64,000 nt of DNA, taken from positions 160,001 to 224,000 of the forward strand of contig CAVRZA010000008.1 of the NCBI GenBank assembly GCA_963725665.1. The letters run 5' to 3'. A program made the position numbers and the translations under genes. Source of the DNA: an uncultured Actinomycetes bacterium. Its GTDB lineage: Bacteria; Actinomycetota; Thermoleophilia; UBA2241. Below, one piece after another: positions 32,828 to 43,581 of this stretch. Positions within the stretch are counted from its first letter, which is position 1, and every line of letters starts with the position of its first letter. The notes under the pieces were generated by a model. That model was not told the origin of the DNA and did no database searches. It saw only the letters and a list, made by a program, of their open reading frames with translations.

Positions 32828-33706
32828 ATGAAGCGCAGCCTTGGCACGGTCCTCACAGCCACGGTCACGCCCTTCACGGCCGACCTCCAGGTCGACCATG
32901 CGGCGCTCGCCGGCCTCGCCGACCACCTGCTCAGCAGCGGTTCCGACGGGATCGTCGTCGCCGGGACGACTGGCGAGTCGCCGACCCTGAGCAACGACGA
33001 GAAGACGGCCATGGTCCGCACCGTCGTCGAGGTCGCCCGCGGCCGTGGCACGGTCGTGGCGGCCACGGGCAGCAACGACACCGAGCACAGCGTCTCTCTC
33101 ACCAAGCGCGCCGAAGACGCCGGCGCCGACGCCGTGCTCGTGGTCACGCCCTACTACAACAAGCCGCCCGAGCGCGGGCTCCTGGCGCACTTTCGCGCCG
33201 TGGCGGCGGCGACGACCCTCCCTGTGATCCTCTACAACATCCCCGGGCGCTGCGTCGTGAACCTGCCGCCCGAGCTTCTCGCCCAGCTCGCCCAGACCGA
33301 GAACATCGTCGCCGTGAAACAGGCCAACCCCGACCTCGACCAGCTTGTGCGCCTCAAGCAGTTGTGCGACCTGGGCATCTACGCGGGCAACGACGACATG
33401 CTTTACGACGTCCTGGCGATGAACGGCTGGGGCGGCATCTGTGTCGCCACCCACCTCGTGGGTGAACGCATGCGCAGGATGGTCGAGCTCGCGCGCGCCG
33501 GCGACCTGCCGCGAGCGCGCGAGATACACGTCTCGCTCGTCCCGCTCTTCGAGGCGCTCACCGTGGCGACCAACCCGATCCCGGTGAAGGCGGCGCTCAA
33601 CCTCGTCGGACGCGAGGTGGGCGGGCTGCGCCTGCCGCTCGTCGAGGCCAGCGTCGAGGAGACACGCGTGATCCGCGTGGAGCTAGAACGGCAGGGCCTG
33701 CTGTGA
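32828..33706 (+). CDS. dapA: 4-hydroxy-tetrahydrodipicolinate synthase
   Basis: GTTGES, TPYYNKP, LYNIPGR, VAVK. Confidence 0.96.
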   Translation: MKRSLGTVLTATVTPFTADLQVDHAALAGLADHLLSSGSDGIVVAGTTGESPTLSNDEKTAMVRTVVEVARGRGTVVAATGSNDTEHSVSLTKRAEDAGADAVLVVTPYYNKPPERGLLAHFRAVAAATTLPVILYNIPGRCVVNLPPELLAQLAQTENIVAVKQANPDLDQLVRLKQLCDLGIYAGNDDMLYDVLAMNGWGGICVATHLVGERMRRMVELARAGDLPRAREIHVSLVPLFEALTVATNPIPVKAALNLVGREVGGLRLPLVEASVEETRVIRVELERQGLL

Positions 33707-33731
33707 GGCTGTCCTTGGCCGAGGTCGCGGG

Positions 33732-35393
33732 GTGACGCCGGCGCTGCGCATCGTGCCGCTGGGCGGCGTCGGCGAGTTCGGCAAGAACATGATCGCCGTC
33801 GAGTGCGAGGGCAAGATCCTCGTCATCGACTGCGGCCTTGCCTTCCCGCGCGATGAGATGCTCGGCGTCGACCTCGTGCTGCCCGACATCTCGTACTTGC
33901 TCGAGCGCGCCGACGACGTCCTGGCCTTCGTCATCACGCACGGTCACGAGGACCATTACGGGGCCCTTCCCTTCGTCGTCCGGCGGCTCAACGTCCCCGT
34001 CTACGGGAGCCGCCTCACCCTCGCCTTCGCCAAGTCGAAGCTCGACGAGCACGGGCTGATCAAAACGACCGAGACGAACGAGGTGAGCGCCGACTCCAGC
34101 CTTCGGCTGGGCCCGTTCGAGGTGAGCTTCGCGGCGATGAGCCACAGCGTGCCCGACGCCCTCGCGGTCGTGCTCAAGACGGCGGCCGGCACGCTGGTGC
34201 ACTCCGGCGACTACAAGTTCGACCACACGCCCATCGACGGACGTACGACCGACGTCGACAAGCTCGCCCGCCTGGGGCAGGAGGGCGTGCTGGTGCTGCT
34301 GGCCGACTCGACGAACGTCGAGGTCGAGGGCAGCACGGGGTCGGAGAGCCAGGTGGGACAGGCGTTCCACCAGATCTTCGCCGAGGCGCGCGGGCGCGTC
34401 ATCGTCTCCTCGTTCGCCTCGCATATTCACCGCATCCAGCAGGCGGTGCAGATCGCCCACCTGCACGGGCGCAAGTTCGCCGTCGCCGGACGCTCAATGA
34501 TCAAGAACGTCAACATCGCGCGCAACCTCGGCTACCTGAAGGTGCCCGACGACGCGATGGTCAAGCTGACCGACATCGACGACTACGCGCCGGAGCAGCT
34601 CCTAATCCTCTCGACGGGCACCCAGGGCGAACCCCTCTCGGCGCTGTCGCGCATGGCCTTCGACGACCACCCCCAGGTGGAGCTGGTGCCCGGCGACACC
34701 GTGGTCATTTCCGCGACACCGATCCCCGGGAACGAGCTCAGCGTGATGGACACGGTGAACCGCCTCCTCAAGGCGGGCGTGCGCGTGATCTACGGCGCCG
34801 AGACCGGCGTGCACGTCTCGGGGCACGCGGCGCGCGAGGACCAGCGCATGCTCCTCAACCTGTTGCGCCCGCGCTACCTCGTGCCGGTGCACGGCGAGTA
34901 TCGCCACCTGTACATGCACAGGGAGCTCGCCGAGCGCGCCGGCGTGCCGAGCGAACGCATCTTCCTGCTCGAGATCGGCGATGTGCTGGAGCTCACCGAG
35001 AACGGTGGCGAGATCGTCGCCAAGGTGCCCGCCGGCAGGGTGTTCGTCGACGGCCTCGAGATCGGTGACGAGGAGGCGGTCGTGCTGCGCGACCGCCAGC
35101 AGCTCTCCGGCGACGGCATCCTCATCGCCGCCGTGAGCGTCAACGTCCAGACCGGCGAGACTCTGGCGCCGCCCGAGCTCGTGGCGCGCGGCTTCCTCTA
35201 CGACGAGGACTACCAGCAGGAGGTCCTCGACGAGGCCGCGGCCGAGCTCGAGGAGCGGCTGCGGGAGCTGGCCCACGAGCACGTCACCGGGCAGCGCCTG
35301 ATCAAGGACGACATCCACGAGACGCTGGCGCAGTTCGTCTACCGCAAGACCAAGCGCCAGCCGCTGATCCTCCCCGTCGTCATCGAGGTCTGA
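33732..35393 (+). CDS. rnj: Ribonuclease J
   Basis: PLGGVGEFGKN, THGHEDH, HVSGH, PVHGE. Confidence 0.97.
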   Translation: MTPALRIVPLGGVGEFGKNMIAVECEGKILVIDCGLAFPRDEMLGVDLVLPDISYLLERADDVLAFVITHGHEDHYGALPFVVRRLNVPVYGSRLTLAFAKSKLDEHGLIKTTETNEVSADSSLRLGPFEVSFAAMSHSVPDALAVVLKTAAGTLVHSGDYKFDHTPIDGRTTDVDKLARLGQEGVLVLLADSTNVEVEGSTGSESQVGQAFHQIFAEARGRVIVSSFASHIHRIQQAVQIAHLHGRKFAVAGRSMIKNVNIARNLGYLKVPDDAMVKLTDIDDYAPEQLLILSTGTQGEPLSALSRMAFDDHPQVELVPGDTVVISATPIPGNELSVMDTVNRLLKAGVRVIYGAETGVHVSGHAAREDQRMLLNLLRPRYLVPVHGEYRHLYMHRELAERAGVPSERIFLLEIGDVLELTENGGEIVAKVPAGRVFVDGLEIGDEEAVVLRDRQQLSGDGILIAAVSVNVQTGETLAPPELVARGFLYDEDYQQEVLDEAAAELEERLRELAHEHVTGQRLIKDDIHETLAQFVYRKTKRQPLILPVVIEV

Positions 35394-35444
35394 AAGCCCA
35401 CGCTCGCCTAGGGTTCCGACCCCTGCGCGTCGAACTGTCCCTCC

Positions 35445-38024
35445 ATGGCGAACGTTCGCTCAGGTCAGCACGCGCCCGGCGGCGCGCGGCGTAGCGCAGG
35501 CGGTTCTTCGCGCTCGCGCGGCGAGCGCGAAGCGGCCGCGCCGCAGCCGACGCGCCGCGCGAGCCGGCGTTCCCGCGAAGAGCGCCGCCGCAAGCTCGAG
35601 CACGAGCTCGCCGCCGTCGTCTGCGCGGCGCTCGCGGCGCTCCTCTTCTTCGTCCTCTACGCGGGCTGGAACGGCGGCTACGTCGGGAGCTGGCTGGCGA
35701 CCGCCCTGAGGATCCTCGTCGGCCTTTTGGCGTTCCTCGCGCCGGCGTTGCTTGTCTACGCCGCCGTGATCCTCGCCACGAGCGAGGAGAGGCGGCCGGC
35801 GCGCGTCGTGACGGCCGGTATCGTCCTCTTGTGCGCCGTCTTCGTGCTGGGGGCAGCCGCCAACAGCTTCGGCCTCTTCGGAGGTGAGCGGCCCGCCGCG
35901 CTGTTCGACGCCGACTACATCAAGAGCCACGGGGGTGTGACGGGCGAAGCCCTCTGGGCCGCTACACGGCCGCTCCTGGGCGGCGTCGGCGTGGCCATCC
36001 TCGTCGTAGCCGGGACGGTCGCCGGCCTGTTGCTGGTCACGGGCTCGTCACTGGGACTGTGGGCTTCGCATTCGCGCCGCGGCGCCGCCGTGGCGGCGCG
36101 CGCGGCGCGCACCTCGGCCGAGACGATCGCCGAACGCAGCCGTCAGGCGCAGGAGCGCCTGCAGGAGCAGACCCGCGTGGCGCCAGGGCCCGGTGGGGCC
36201 GCGACGGCGGCGCGCGCCGGCGCCGTCGGCGGTCGGGCGCCGAGTGACGAGGTCTCGCGCGCGCAGCTCATCGACGCGGCCGTCGACCTGCCCGATCTCT
36301 ACGAGGCGCCGGGCATGCTGAGCGGGCCGCCCGTCGGCCACGTCGAACCGCCCAACCCGATCCAGATCCCTCTCGACGACGAGCATGTCGACCTCGGTGG
36401 CGCCGCCGACGAAGCGGCCCTGGCCGGCGAACCCGGCGCCGACGACGCGGCATTCCGCGAGGCCGAGGAGCGCGTCTGGGTCCTGCCCGACGCGTTCCTT
36501 CTGCGTCGCATGGGCGACGGCGAGGGTGAGTCCCGTACGAGCATCGAGCAGGTCTCGGTCACGCTTGAGCAGACGCTGGGCCACTTCGGCATCGATGCCC
36601 GCGTCGTGAACACCGTCTCCGGGCCGCGCGTCACGCGCTACGAGCTGCAGCTCGCACCGGGCATCAAGGTGAGTCGCATCTCGTCGCTCAAGGACGACCT
36701 CGCCTACTCACTGGCGGCTACGGAGATCCGCGTGCAGGCGCCCATCCCCGGCAAGCAGGCGGTCGGCGTCGAGGTGCCCAACCGCAACCCCAACTTCGTG
36801 GGTCTCGGTGACATCTACGGCGCCTTTCCCACGAACGCCTCCCCGATGGCCTTCTGGATCGGCAAGGACATCACCGGCAAGCCCGTCCTGGCCGACCTGG
36901 TGCGCATGGTGCACGTGCTCATCGCCGGCACCACCGGCTCGGGCAAGAGCGGCTGCATCAACTGCATCATCAGCTCCATCCTGCTGCGCGCCACGCCCGA
37001 TCAGGTGCGCATGATCCTCGTCGACCCCAAGAAGGTCGAGCTCTCGCACTTCGACGGCGTGCCGCACCTGCTCGCCCCGGTGGTCACCAACATGAAGAAC
37101 GCCCACCACGTGCTGCAGAACCTCGTGCACGAGATGGAGCATCGCTACGAGTTCATGATGAAGACCGACAACGCGCAGAACATCCGCGAGCTCAACAAGA
37201 GGCTCGAGCGCCGCGGAGAGAAGCCGCTGCCGTACGTCGTGCTCGTCATCGACGAGCTGGCCGACCTGATGATGATCTCGCCGGCCGAGGTCGAAGACGC
37301 CGTCATCAGGCTGGGCCAACTCGGTCGCGGCGTAGGCATCCACCTCGTGGTCGCCACCCAGCGTCCATCGGTCGACGTGATCACGGGCCTTATCAAGACC
37401 AACATCCCCTCGCGCATCGCCTTCGCCGTGTCGTCGCAGACCGACTCACGCGTGATCCTCGACACCGGCGGCGCCGAGAGCCTGCTCGGCGACGGCGACA
37501 TGCTCTTCCACCCCTTCGGCAGCTCGCGCATGCTGCGCGTGCAGGGCGCCTTCGTCACGCCCGAGGAGATGAAGCTGATCACCGAACACTGGAGGGTCCA
37601 GGCCGCGCCCGAGTTCCGCGAGGATCTGCTCGAGGTACCTGGCGACGGCATCGGCGAGGGTGGTCCGGCGGGCAGCGGCGAGGACGAGCTGCTGAGCGAG
37701 GCGATCACGACCGTGGTCAACACCGGTGCGGCGTCGGTGGCACTTCTGCAGCGGCGGCTGCGTGTGGGCTATGCCCGCGCGGGACGACTCATCGATGTCA
37801 TGGAGAGCCGCGGCATCATCTCGGGCTACGACGGCAGCAAGGCGCGCAACGTGCTGATCAGCGAAGACGAGCTGCCGCGCGTGCTCGCCGCGCTGCGTGG
37901 TGAGCCCCTGAGAGCCGAACCCGTCGCGACGCCGCCGGGCGGCGGCGGTCCGCCGGTCGCGGACGAGCCCGAGCTTGCTGAGGGCGACCAGGAGGTCGAC
38001 TCCCACCGGGTCCCGCCCGTCTGA
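35445..38024 (+). CDS. ftsK: DNA translocase FtsK/SpoIIIE
   Basis: 4TM domain, AGTTGSGKS, IDELADLM, gamma domain LQRRLRVGYARAGRLID. Confidence 0.97.
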   Translation: MANVRSGQHAPGGARRSAGGSSRSRGEREAAAPQPTRRASRRSREERRRKLEHELAAVVCAALAALLFFVLYAGWNGGYVGSWLATALRILVGLLAFLAPALLVYAAVILATSEERRPARVVTAGIVLLCAVFVLGAAANSFGLFGGERPAALFDADYIKSHGGVTGEALWAATRPLLGGVGVAILVVAGTVAGLLLVTGSSLGLWASHSRRGAAVAARAARTSAETIAERSRQAQERLQEQTRVAPGPGGAATAARAGAVGGRAPSDEVSRAQLIDAAVDLPDLYEAPGMLSGPPVGHVEPPNPIQIPLDDEHVDLGGAADEAALAGEPGADDAAFREAEERVWVLPDAFLLRRMGDGEGESRTSIEQVSVTLEQTLGHFGIDARVVNTVSGPRVTRYELQLAPGIKVSRISSLKDDLAYSLAATEIRVQAPIPGKQAVGVEVPNRNPNFVGLGDIYGAFPTNASPMAFWIGKDITGKPVLADLVRMVHVLIAGTTGSGKSGCINCIISSILLRATPDQVRMILVDPKKVELSHFDGVPHLLAPVVTNMKNAHHVLQNLVHEMEHRYEFMMKTDNAQNIRELNKRLERRGEKPLPYVVLVIDELADLMMISPAEVEDAVIRLGQLGRGVGIHLVVATQRPSVDVITGLIKTNIPSRIAFAVSSQTDSRVILDTGGAESLLGDGDMLFHPFGSSRMLRVQGAFVTPEEMKLITEHWRVQAAPEFREDLLEVPGDGIGEGGPAGSGEDELLSEAITTVVNTGAASVALLQRRLRVGYARAGRLIDVMESRGIISGYDGSKARNVLISEDELPRVLAALRGEPLRAEPVATPPGGGGPPVADEPELAEGDQEVDSHRVPPV

Positions 38025-38051
38025 GAGCCGGGGCGCTTGCTCCTGCCGAAA

Positions 38052-38080
38052 TTGTCTTTGTCGCGGGCGGCCTCTAGACT
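38052..38080 (+). promoter_or_regulatory. Candidate promoter of rodZ
   Basis: TTGTCT-N17-TAGACT. Confidence 0.5.
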
Positions 38081-38162
38081 CTAGGGTTGCGCGTCGGACC
38101 GCTTACCGGCCGGCGCGACGGCCCGGTGGGGATCCTAGACGCTCCGGGGGACCAGACCCGAG

Positions 38163-38900
38163 ATGTTCGAGATCGGCTCGACACTGCGCGAGGCACGCGT
38201 GCGCCGCAAGCTCACGCTGCAGCAGGTCGAAGAAGACACCAAGATCCGCGTCAAGTACGTACAGGCGATGGAGAACGAGGACTTCGACGTCATCCCCTCG
38301 CCGACGTACGTCAAGGGCTTCCTGCGCACCTACACCGAGTACCTCGGCCTAGACCCGCGCATGATCCTCGACGAGTACCACAGCCGTTTCATGCCCAACG
38401 AGGAGATCGAACCCTTCTCCGGTTCGTCGGCCCTCGGGCGGCCGCGGCGTCAGCGGCGGCGATCCAACCTGGCCTTCGTCGCCGTGGCGGCGCTGCTCGT
38501 GCTGGCGCTCGTCTGGATCCTCGGGCGTACAAGCGGGGAGGAGGGGTCGGGCGCTCCGCCACCCGTCGCCGTCGTGACATCGACGCCGTCACGGTCGGCC
38601 AGCCCCAGCGTGCTGCCGACGAAGTCGGTCGTCCCTTACGAGGGAGCCCAACTCGTCGTCCTCACAGAGAACCCCTGCTGGCTCGAGGTACGCCGCCGAG
38701 ACGCCACCGGTACAGTGGTCTACCTGGCCACACTCCCCGGCGGCGCCAGCAGGCGCTTCCGCGACCGGCAAGCGCTCTACGTGCGCTTCGGCGATCCCGT
38801 CGGGGTGCGGGTCAGGGTGAATGGCGGAGCCGCCAAGGGACTCGACGCGACGGTGGCCGCGAGCTACCTGGTCACCAGAGAGGGGATGACGAGGCTCTGA
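38163..38900 (+). CDS. rodZ: RodZ-like HTH/TM/DUF4115 protein
   Basis: IGSTLREAR..., YVKGFLRTY, TM helix, CWLEV. Confidence 0.88.
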   Translation: MFEIGSTLREARVRRKLTLQQVEEDTKIRVKYVQAMENEDFDVIPSPTYVKGFLRTYTEYLGLDPRMILDEYHSRFMPNEEIEPFSGSSALGRPRRQRRRSNLAFVAVAALLVLALVWILGRTSGEEGSGAPPPVAVVTSTPSRSASPSVLPTKSVVPYEGAQLVVLTENPCWLEVRRRDATGTVVYLATLPGGASRRFRDRQALYVRFGDPVGVRVRVNGGAAKGLDATVAASYLVTREGMTRL

Positions 38901-39391
38901 TGGCCAAAGAAAGCTCCTTCGACATCGTCTCGCAGGTCGACATGAACGAGGTGCGCAACGCCGTGAACCTGGCGCAGAAGGAGCTGCGTCAACGCTACGA
39001 CTTCAAGGGTAGCGTGAGCTCGGTGGCGCTCGACGACGAGACACTGGTGCTGGTCTCCGACAACGAGGGCAAGCTGCGCTCCGTCGTCGAGCTCCTGCAA
39101 GAGAAGCTCGTGCGTCGCAAGGTGCCGCTCAAGGCGCTGCAGTACGGCAAGATCGAGGCGGCATTGGGGGGCACCGTGCGCCAGCGCGTGGCCGTGAACC
39201 GCGGCATCTCCGACGAGAAGGCGCGCGCCATCACCAAGCTCCTGCGGCAGCGCTTCAAGAAGCTCAAGGTGAGCGTGCAGGGCGACGCCGTGCGCGTGTT
39301 CTCGTCGAGCAAGGACGAATTGCAGGCTGTCATCCAGACGCTGCGTGACGAGGACTTCGGTATCCCCCTACAGTTCATCAACTACCGCTAG
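38900..39391 (+). CDS. yajQ: YajQ family nucleotide-binding protein
   Basis: SFDIVS, RYDFKGS, QGDAVRV, LQFINYR. Confidence 0.95.
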   Translation: MAKESSFDIVSQVDMNEVRNAVNLAQKELRQRYDFKGSVSSVALDDETLVLVSDNEGKLRSVVELLQEKLVRRKVPLKALQYGKIEAALGGTVRQRVAVNRGISDEKARAITKLLRQRFKKLKVSVQGDAVRVFSSSKDELQAVIQTLRDEDFGIPLQFINYR

Positions 39392-39415
39392 GGCGCCGGG
39401 GACACGTCTTCGCTC

Positions 39416-40870
39416 GTGGTCCCATCGCGCGCCAGCCCGCCGCCACCGTCGCGTCCCGCTGGGTTCGCCGTCGTGACGCTCGGTTGTCCGAAGAACGAGG
39501 CCGACTCCGACAGCCTCGCCCGCCGACTTGTGGCGGCCGGCCACCGCGTCGCGCCGCTGGAGCGCGCCGAGGTCGTGGTCGTCAACACCTGCGGCTTCAT
39601 CGACGCCGCCAAGGAAGAGTCGATAGGGTCCATCCTCGGAGTCTGCGCAGCCGCCCACGCGCGCGGCGCGCGGGTCGCCGCCGTCGGCTGCCTCGTGGAG
39701 CGCCACCGTGCCGAGCTGACCCGCGAGCTGCCGGAGGTCGACCTCTGGTGCGGTTTCGAGTGGGACCCGCTCGCGCGCCTCCTCGACGAGGTGGCGCGCG
39801 AGCGGGTCGCCGACCCTGCACCGCGTAGGCTACGAACAAGACTCCCGGCCGACTCCGCCAGCGGTGGCGGTGGAGTGCTGCCGGATCCAGTGGAGAGCCT
39901 GCAGGAGCCTGCCGGCGGACGTCGCGAGCCGCGGCCGGTGTCGGCCTACGTAAAGGTCTCCGACGGCTGTGACCGGCGCTGCAGCTTCTGCGCCATCCCG
40001 CTGATCAAGGGACGCTACGAGCTGGTGCCGCCGGCCGCAGTGGTCGCCGCGGCGCGCGCCGCGCTCTCGCGCGGCGCGCGCGAGCTCGTGCTCGTCGGCC
40101 AGGACACCTCGCGCTACAGCGTCGCGGGCTGGGGCGGGCTCGAGCGCCTGCTCGCCGCGCTCGCCGCGCTCGAGCCCGCCCCAGCCTGGCTGCGTCTGCT
40201 CTACCTGCAGCCGGAGAACGTCGACGAGCGTCTGCTCGGCTCGCTCGCGGCGCACGCCGTGCCCTACCTCGACGTCCCCTTCCAGCACGCCTCGAGACGC
40301 ATCCTGAAGGCGATGGGACGCCAGGGCGACGGAGAAGCGCACCTCGCGCTTCTGGAGCGCGCGCGGCTGATCCTGCCGGGTGTCGCCGTGCGCTCGACCT
40401 TCATCGCCGGGTTCCCCGGTGAGACCGAGGCCGACTTCGATGAGCTGCTCGCCTTCGTGCGCGAGGCGGGCCTTGCAGTGGGCGGCGTCTTCGTGTTCGA
40501 CCCGCAGGAGGGGACGCCCGCCGCCACGCTGCCCGGGCGGCCGCCGGCTGAGGTGGCGGCCGGCCGCGCCGCCGCCCTGGCCGCGGCGATCGAGCGTGCC
40601 GCGGCGCCCTTCTGGGAGGCCCAGGTGGGCCGCCGCGTCGAGGTGCTCGTCGAGCGCGGCTGCCGCGCCGGGGGAGAGGCGCTGGGGCGCGTCGCGGCGC
40701 AGGCGCCCGACATCGACGGGCGTACATATGTGAGCGGCGGTCGCATGCGCCGCGGGGACCTCGTCGAAGCCATGGTCACGCAGACGCTCGGCTTCGATCT
40801 CGCCGCCGCGGCAGCGCCCCGGGCGACTGCCGGCGTGGCCGCGGTCCGGCGACTCAAGGAGAGCCGGTGA
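39416..40870 (+). CDS. rimO: Ribosomal protein S12 methylthiotransferase
   Basis: LGCPKN, NTCGFIDAAKEESI, CDRRCSFC, QAPDIDG. Confidence 0.92.
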   Translation: MVPSRASPPPPSRPAGFAVVTLGCPKNEADSDSLARRLVAAGHRVAPLERAEVVVVNTCGFIDAAKEESIGSILGVCAAAHARGARVAAVGCLVERHRAELTRELPEVDLWCGFEWDPLARLLDEVARERVADPAPRRLRTRLPADSASGGGGVLPDPVESLQEPAGGRREPRPVSAYVKVSDGCDRRCSFCAIPLIKGRYELVPPAAVVAAARAALSRGARELVLVGQDTSRYSVAGWGGLERLLAALAALEPAPAWLRLLYLQPENVDERLLGSLAAHAVPYLDVPFQHASRRILKAMGRQGDGEAHLALLERARLILPGVAVRSTFIAGFPGETEADFDELLAFVREAGLAVGGVFVFDPQEGTPAATLPGRPPAEVAAGRAAALAAAIERAAAPFWEAQVGRRVEVLVERGCRAGGEALGRVAAQAPDIDGRTYVSGGRMRRGDLVEAMVTQTLGFDLAAAAAPRATAGVAAVRRLKESR

Positions 40871-41199
40871 AGCGCGCGCGCCTGCGCCGCGAGAAGAAGA
40901 CCATCGCCGCGATGGTCGCGATCTACTGCGAGGACCACCACGGCGGGACGCCGTATTGCGACGACTGCCGTGAGCTCCTCGACTTCGCCCTAGCGCGCCT
41001 CGACCGTTGCCGTTTCGGCGAAGACAAGCCCGTCTGCGCGCAGTGCACGGTGCACTGCTACAAACCGGCGATGCGCGAGCGGGTGCGCGAGGTGATGCGC
41101 TACGCCGGTCCGCGCATGACGCTACGCCACCCGGTGCTCGCGGCGGCGCACCTGGTAGAGAGCCGCAAGGGCCGCGCCCAGGGCCCGGGCTCCGGGTAA
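40867..41199 (+). CDS. YgbA family (nitrous oxide-stimulated promoter) Cys-rich protein
   Basis: REKKTI..M..IYC..HH, C..C, KPVCAQCTVHCY, MRYAGPRM..RHP. Confidence 0.88.
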   Translation: MKRARLRREKKTIAAMVAIYCEDHHGGTPYCDDCRELLDFALARLDRCRFGEDKPVCAQCTVHCYKPAMRERVREVMRYAGPRMTLRHPVLAAAHLVESRKGRAQGPGSG

Positions 41200-41215
41200 G
41201 GGTAGAATCCCTTCC

Positions 41216-41773
41216 GTGATCAACGCCGCCAACACCATCACCCTCGCGCGCATCCTCCTCGTGCCCGTCTTCGTGGTGCTCCTCTTCGTGAACATCCCGC
41301 ACGGGGACATCCTCGCCATCGCCGTCTTCTCGTTGGCGGCGGCCACAGACAAGCTCGACGGCTACTTGGCTCGCTCGCGCAACTCCGTGACCGTGTTTGG
41401 ACAGTTCCTCGACCCGCTGGCCGACAAGCTGCTGATCTCGGCGGCGCTCATCTCCCTTGTCGCCCTCGACCGCCTGCCAGCTTGGGTGGCCATGGTGATC
41501 ATCGCCCGCGAGATGGCCGTCAGCGGCCTGCGTATCGCCGCCATCGCCCAAGGCGTGAGCATCCCCGCCGACACGCTGGGCAAGTGGAAGACGACGGCGC
41601 AGATCGTCATGGTCCTCGTGCTGCTCTTCCCGCAGCTGAGCGACCAGCCCGGCCGCAGCGTGCTCGAGAGCGTGCTCATCTGGGTCGCCGTCATCCTCAC
41701 CGTCGTCTCCGGGGTGCAGTACTTCGCCAACGCGCGCAACCGGTTGCACGTCCCCTGGAGCCAGCCACGCTAG
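41216..41773 (+). CDS. pgsA: CDP-diacylglycerol--glycerol-3-phosphate 3-phosphatidyltransferase
   Basis: TDKLDGYLAR...GQFLDPLADK; TAGAAT 7 nt before GTG (leaderless geometry). Confidence 0.95.
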   Translation: MINAANTITLARILLVPVFVVLLFVNIPHGDILAIAVFSLAAATDKLDGYLARSRNSVTVFGQFLDPLADKLLISAALISLVALDRLPAWVAMVIIAREMAVSGLRIAAIAQGVSIPADTLGKWKTTAQIVMVLVLLFPQLSDQPGRSVLESVLIWVAVILTVVSGVQYFANARNRLHVPWSQPR

Positions 41774-43013
41774 CGCGCCCTCTGGCAGCCATCCTCCTCA
41801 GCGGCAGCGAGCTGCTCGACGGGCGCCTGCGCGACCGCAACGGGCCCTATTTCGCCGCCTCGCTGGCCGCGCGCGGGGCGCGCGTCTCGCACCTTCTGGC
41901 GGCTCCTGACGACCTCGACACCCTCGTCGACGACCTGCGTTTTCTGCTCGCCGGCGAGCCCGACGTGCTCGTCGTGAGCGGCGGTTTGGGCACGACGCAC
42001 GATGACCTCACGAGCGAGGCAGTGGCACGCGCGCTGGGCCGAGACCTCGTCGAGGACCCCGACGCGCGCAGTATGGTCGAGGACCGCCTCGCCGACGTCG
42101 CCCGCCGCCGTGGCATCGACTCGCGGCCGCTGCTCGAGCAGGCTCTCAAGCAGGCGCGGCTGCCCGAGGGCAGCCGCGCCCTGGCGCCGGGCGGCGTGGC
42201 GCCCGGTTTCGCCCTACGCGAGGGCGCCACGCGCCTCTTCGCGCTGCCCGGGCCGCCCACCGAGCTCGAGCTCATGTGGCCGCCGGTCCTCGACGAGCTC
42301 GAGGCCGAGGGGCTCTTTCCGTCCGTCGTGGCGCGTATCGTGCGCATCTACGGCTTCAGCGAGATGCAGCTCGTGCCGCTCCTCGAGAGCCGTCTGCACG
42401 AGCTGCTCGAAGTCGCCGTGACGGCGAGCGACGGCGAGCTCACCGTGGTGCTGCGCTACGAGTTCTCCGCGGCGAGGCAGACACAGGCCGATGCGCTCGT
42501 GCTGGCTCTCGAAGCGGGGGCTCCGGTCTTCTCGACCGACGGCCGCACCGTCGACGAGCTCGTCGCCGACGAGCTGCGCGCCGCACGAGCGACGGTGAGC
42601 GTCGCCGAGTCGTGCACGGGGGGCTGCTCGGCGGCCGTCTCACCGAGCGGCCGGGCAGCTCCGACTATGTGCAGGGAGGCGTGATCAGCTACGCGAACCA
42701 AGTCAAGGAGGGGGTCCTGGGTGTACCGGCGACGCTGCTGCGCGACGTGGGCGCGGTCTGTCCCGAGGTGGCGCGTGCGATGGCCGACGGCGTCAAGCGG
42801 CTCATAGGCAGTACCTACGCGCTCGCCGTCACCGGGGTCGCCGGACCGGCCGGCGGCTCTCCCGACAAGCCGGTCGGGCTCGTCTATCACGCCTGTGCCG
42901 GCCCGCAGGGCACGTCCGTGCGCCGCGAGCTCTTCCTGGGCAATCGCGAGGCGGTGCGGCGACGAGCCGTCGTCGCTGCGCTACACCATCTCCGGGAGGC
43001 GCTCGAGGCATGA
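41767..43013 (+). pseudogene. cinA: CinA/PncC protein with single-base frameshift near 42620 (probably assembly error); start non-canonical
   Basis: GSELLDG, SGGLG.T.DDLT and AESCTGG in one frame; LLGGRLT..PGSS..Y.N..K and TGVAGP in another. Confidence 0.85.
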
Positions 43014-43564
43014 CCCGGCCGGTAGCTGAACCGCTGGTGCGGCTCTTCGTGGCCGCCGACCTGCCGCCCGAGGTCCTCGAGGCTATCGCAGAGTGGCAGC
43101 GAGCCCAGATCGGCTCGCACGCAGAGCTTCGCCTCACGCGTACGCTGCATCTCACCCTCTGCTTCCTCGGCAGCGTCCCGGCGTCGCGCAGCGACGACAT
43201 CGTCGCGGCACTCGGTGCTGTGCAGCTGCCGCCGCTGCCGACGGGGCTGGGTGAGGTGCTCTTCCTTCCCGAACGAGGCCGAAAGCGCGTCGTAGCACTG
43301 CGTCTTCACGACCTCGGCGAGGCCATCGTCGCCACGCAACGCGAGCTTTCGCAGGCGCTGACCGCGATCAAGGTCTACAAGCCCGAGAGGCGAGCCTACC
43401 TGCCGCACGTGACGGTCGCCCGCTATCGCCGGCCGGGATTCGAACTCTCCCTGCAAAACGTCAACTTCCTGGAGTTTGGACTGCCCCAGGTAACGCTGTA
43501 TGATTCGGTCCTGGCGAGGGGCGGAGCGGTGCACACTCCTCTCGCCTCGTTCCCCGCCGGTTAG
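43010..43564 (+). CDS. thpR: RNA 2',3'-cyclic phosphodiesterase
   Basis: RLFVA, HLTL and PHVT 2H motifs. Confidence 0.93.
   Translation: MTRPVAEPLVRLFVAADLPPEVLEAIAEWQRAQIGSHAELRLTRTLHLTLCFLGSVPASRSDDIVAALGAVQLPPLPTGLGEVLFLPERGRKRVVALRLHDLGEAIVATQRELSQALTAIKVYKPERRAYLPHVTVARYRRPGFELSLQNVNFLEFGLPQVTLYDSVLARGGAVHTPLASFPAG
43476..43504 (+). promoter_or_regulatory. Candidate recA promoter inside thpR
   Basis: TTGGAC-N17-TATGAT. Confidence 0.5.
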
Positions 43565-43581
43565 CCAGAGAGGAGTCCTCG

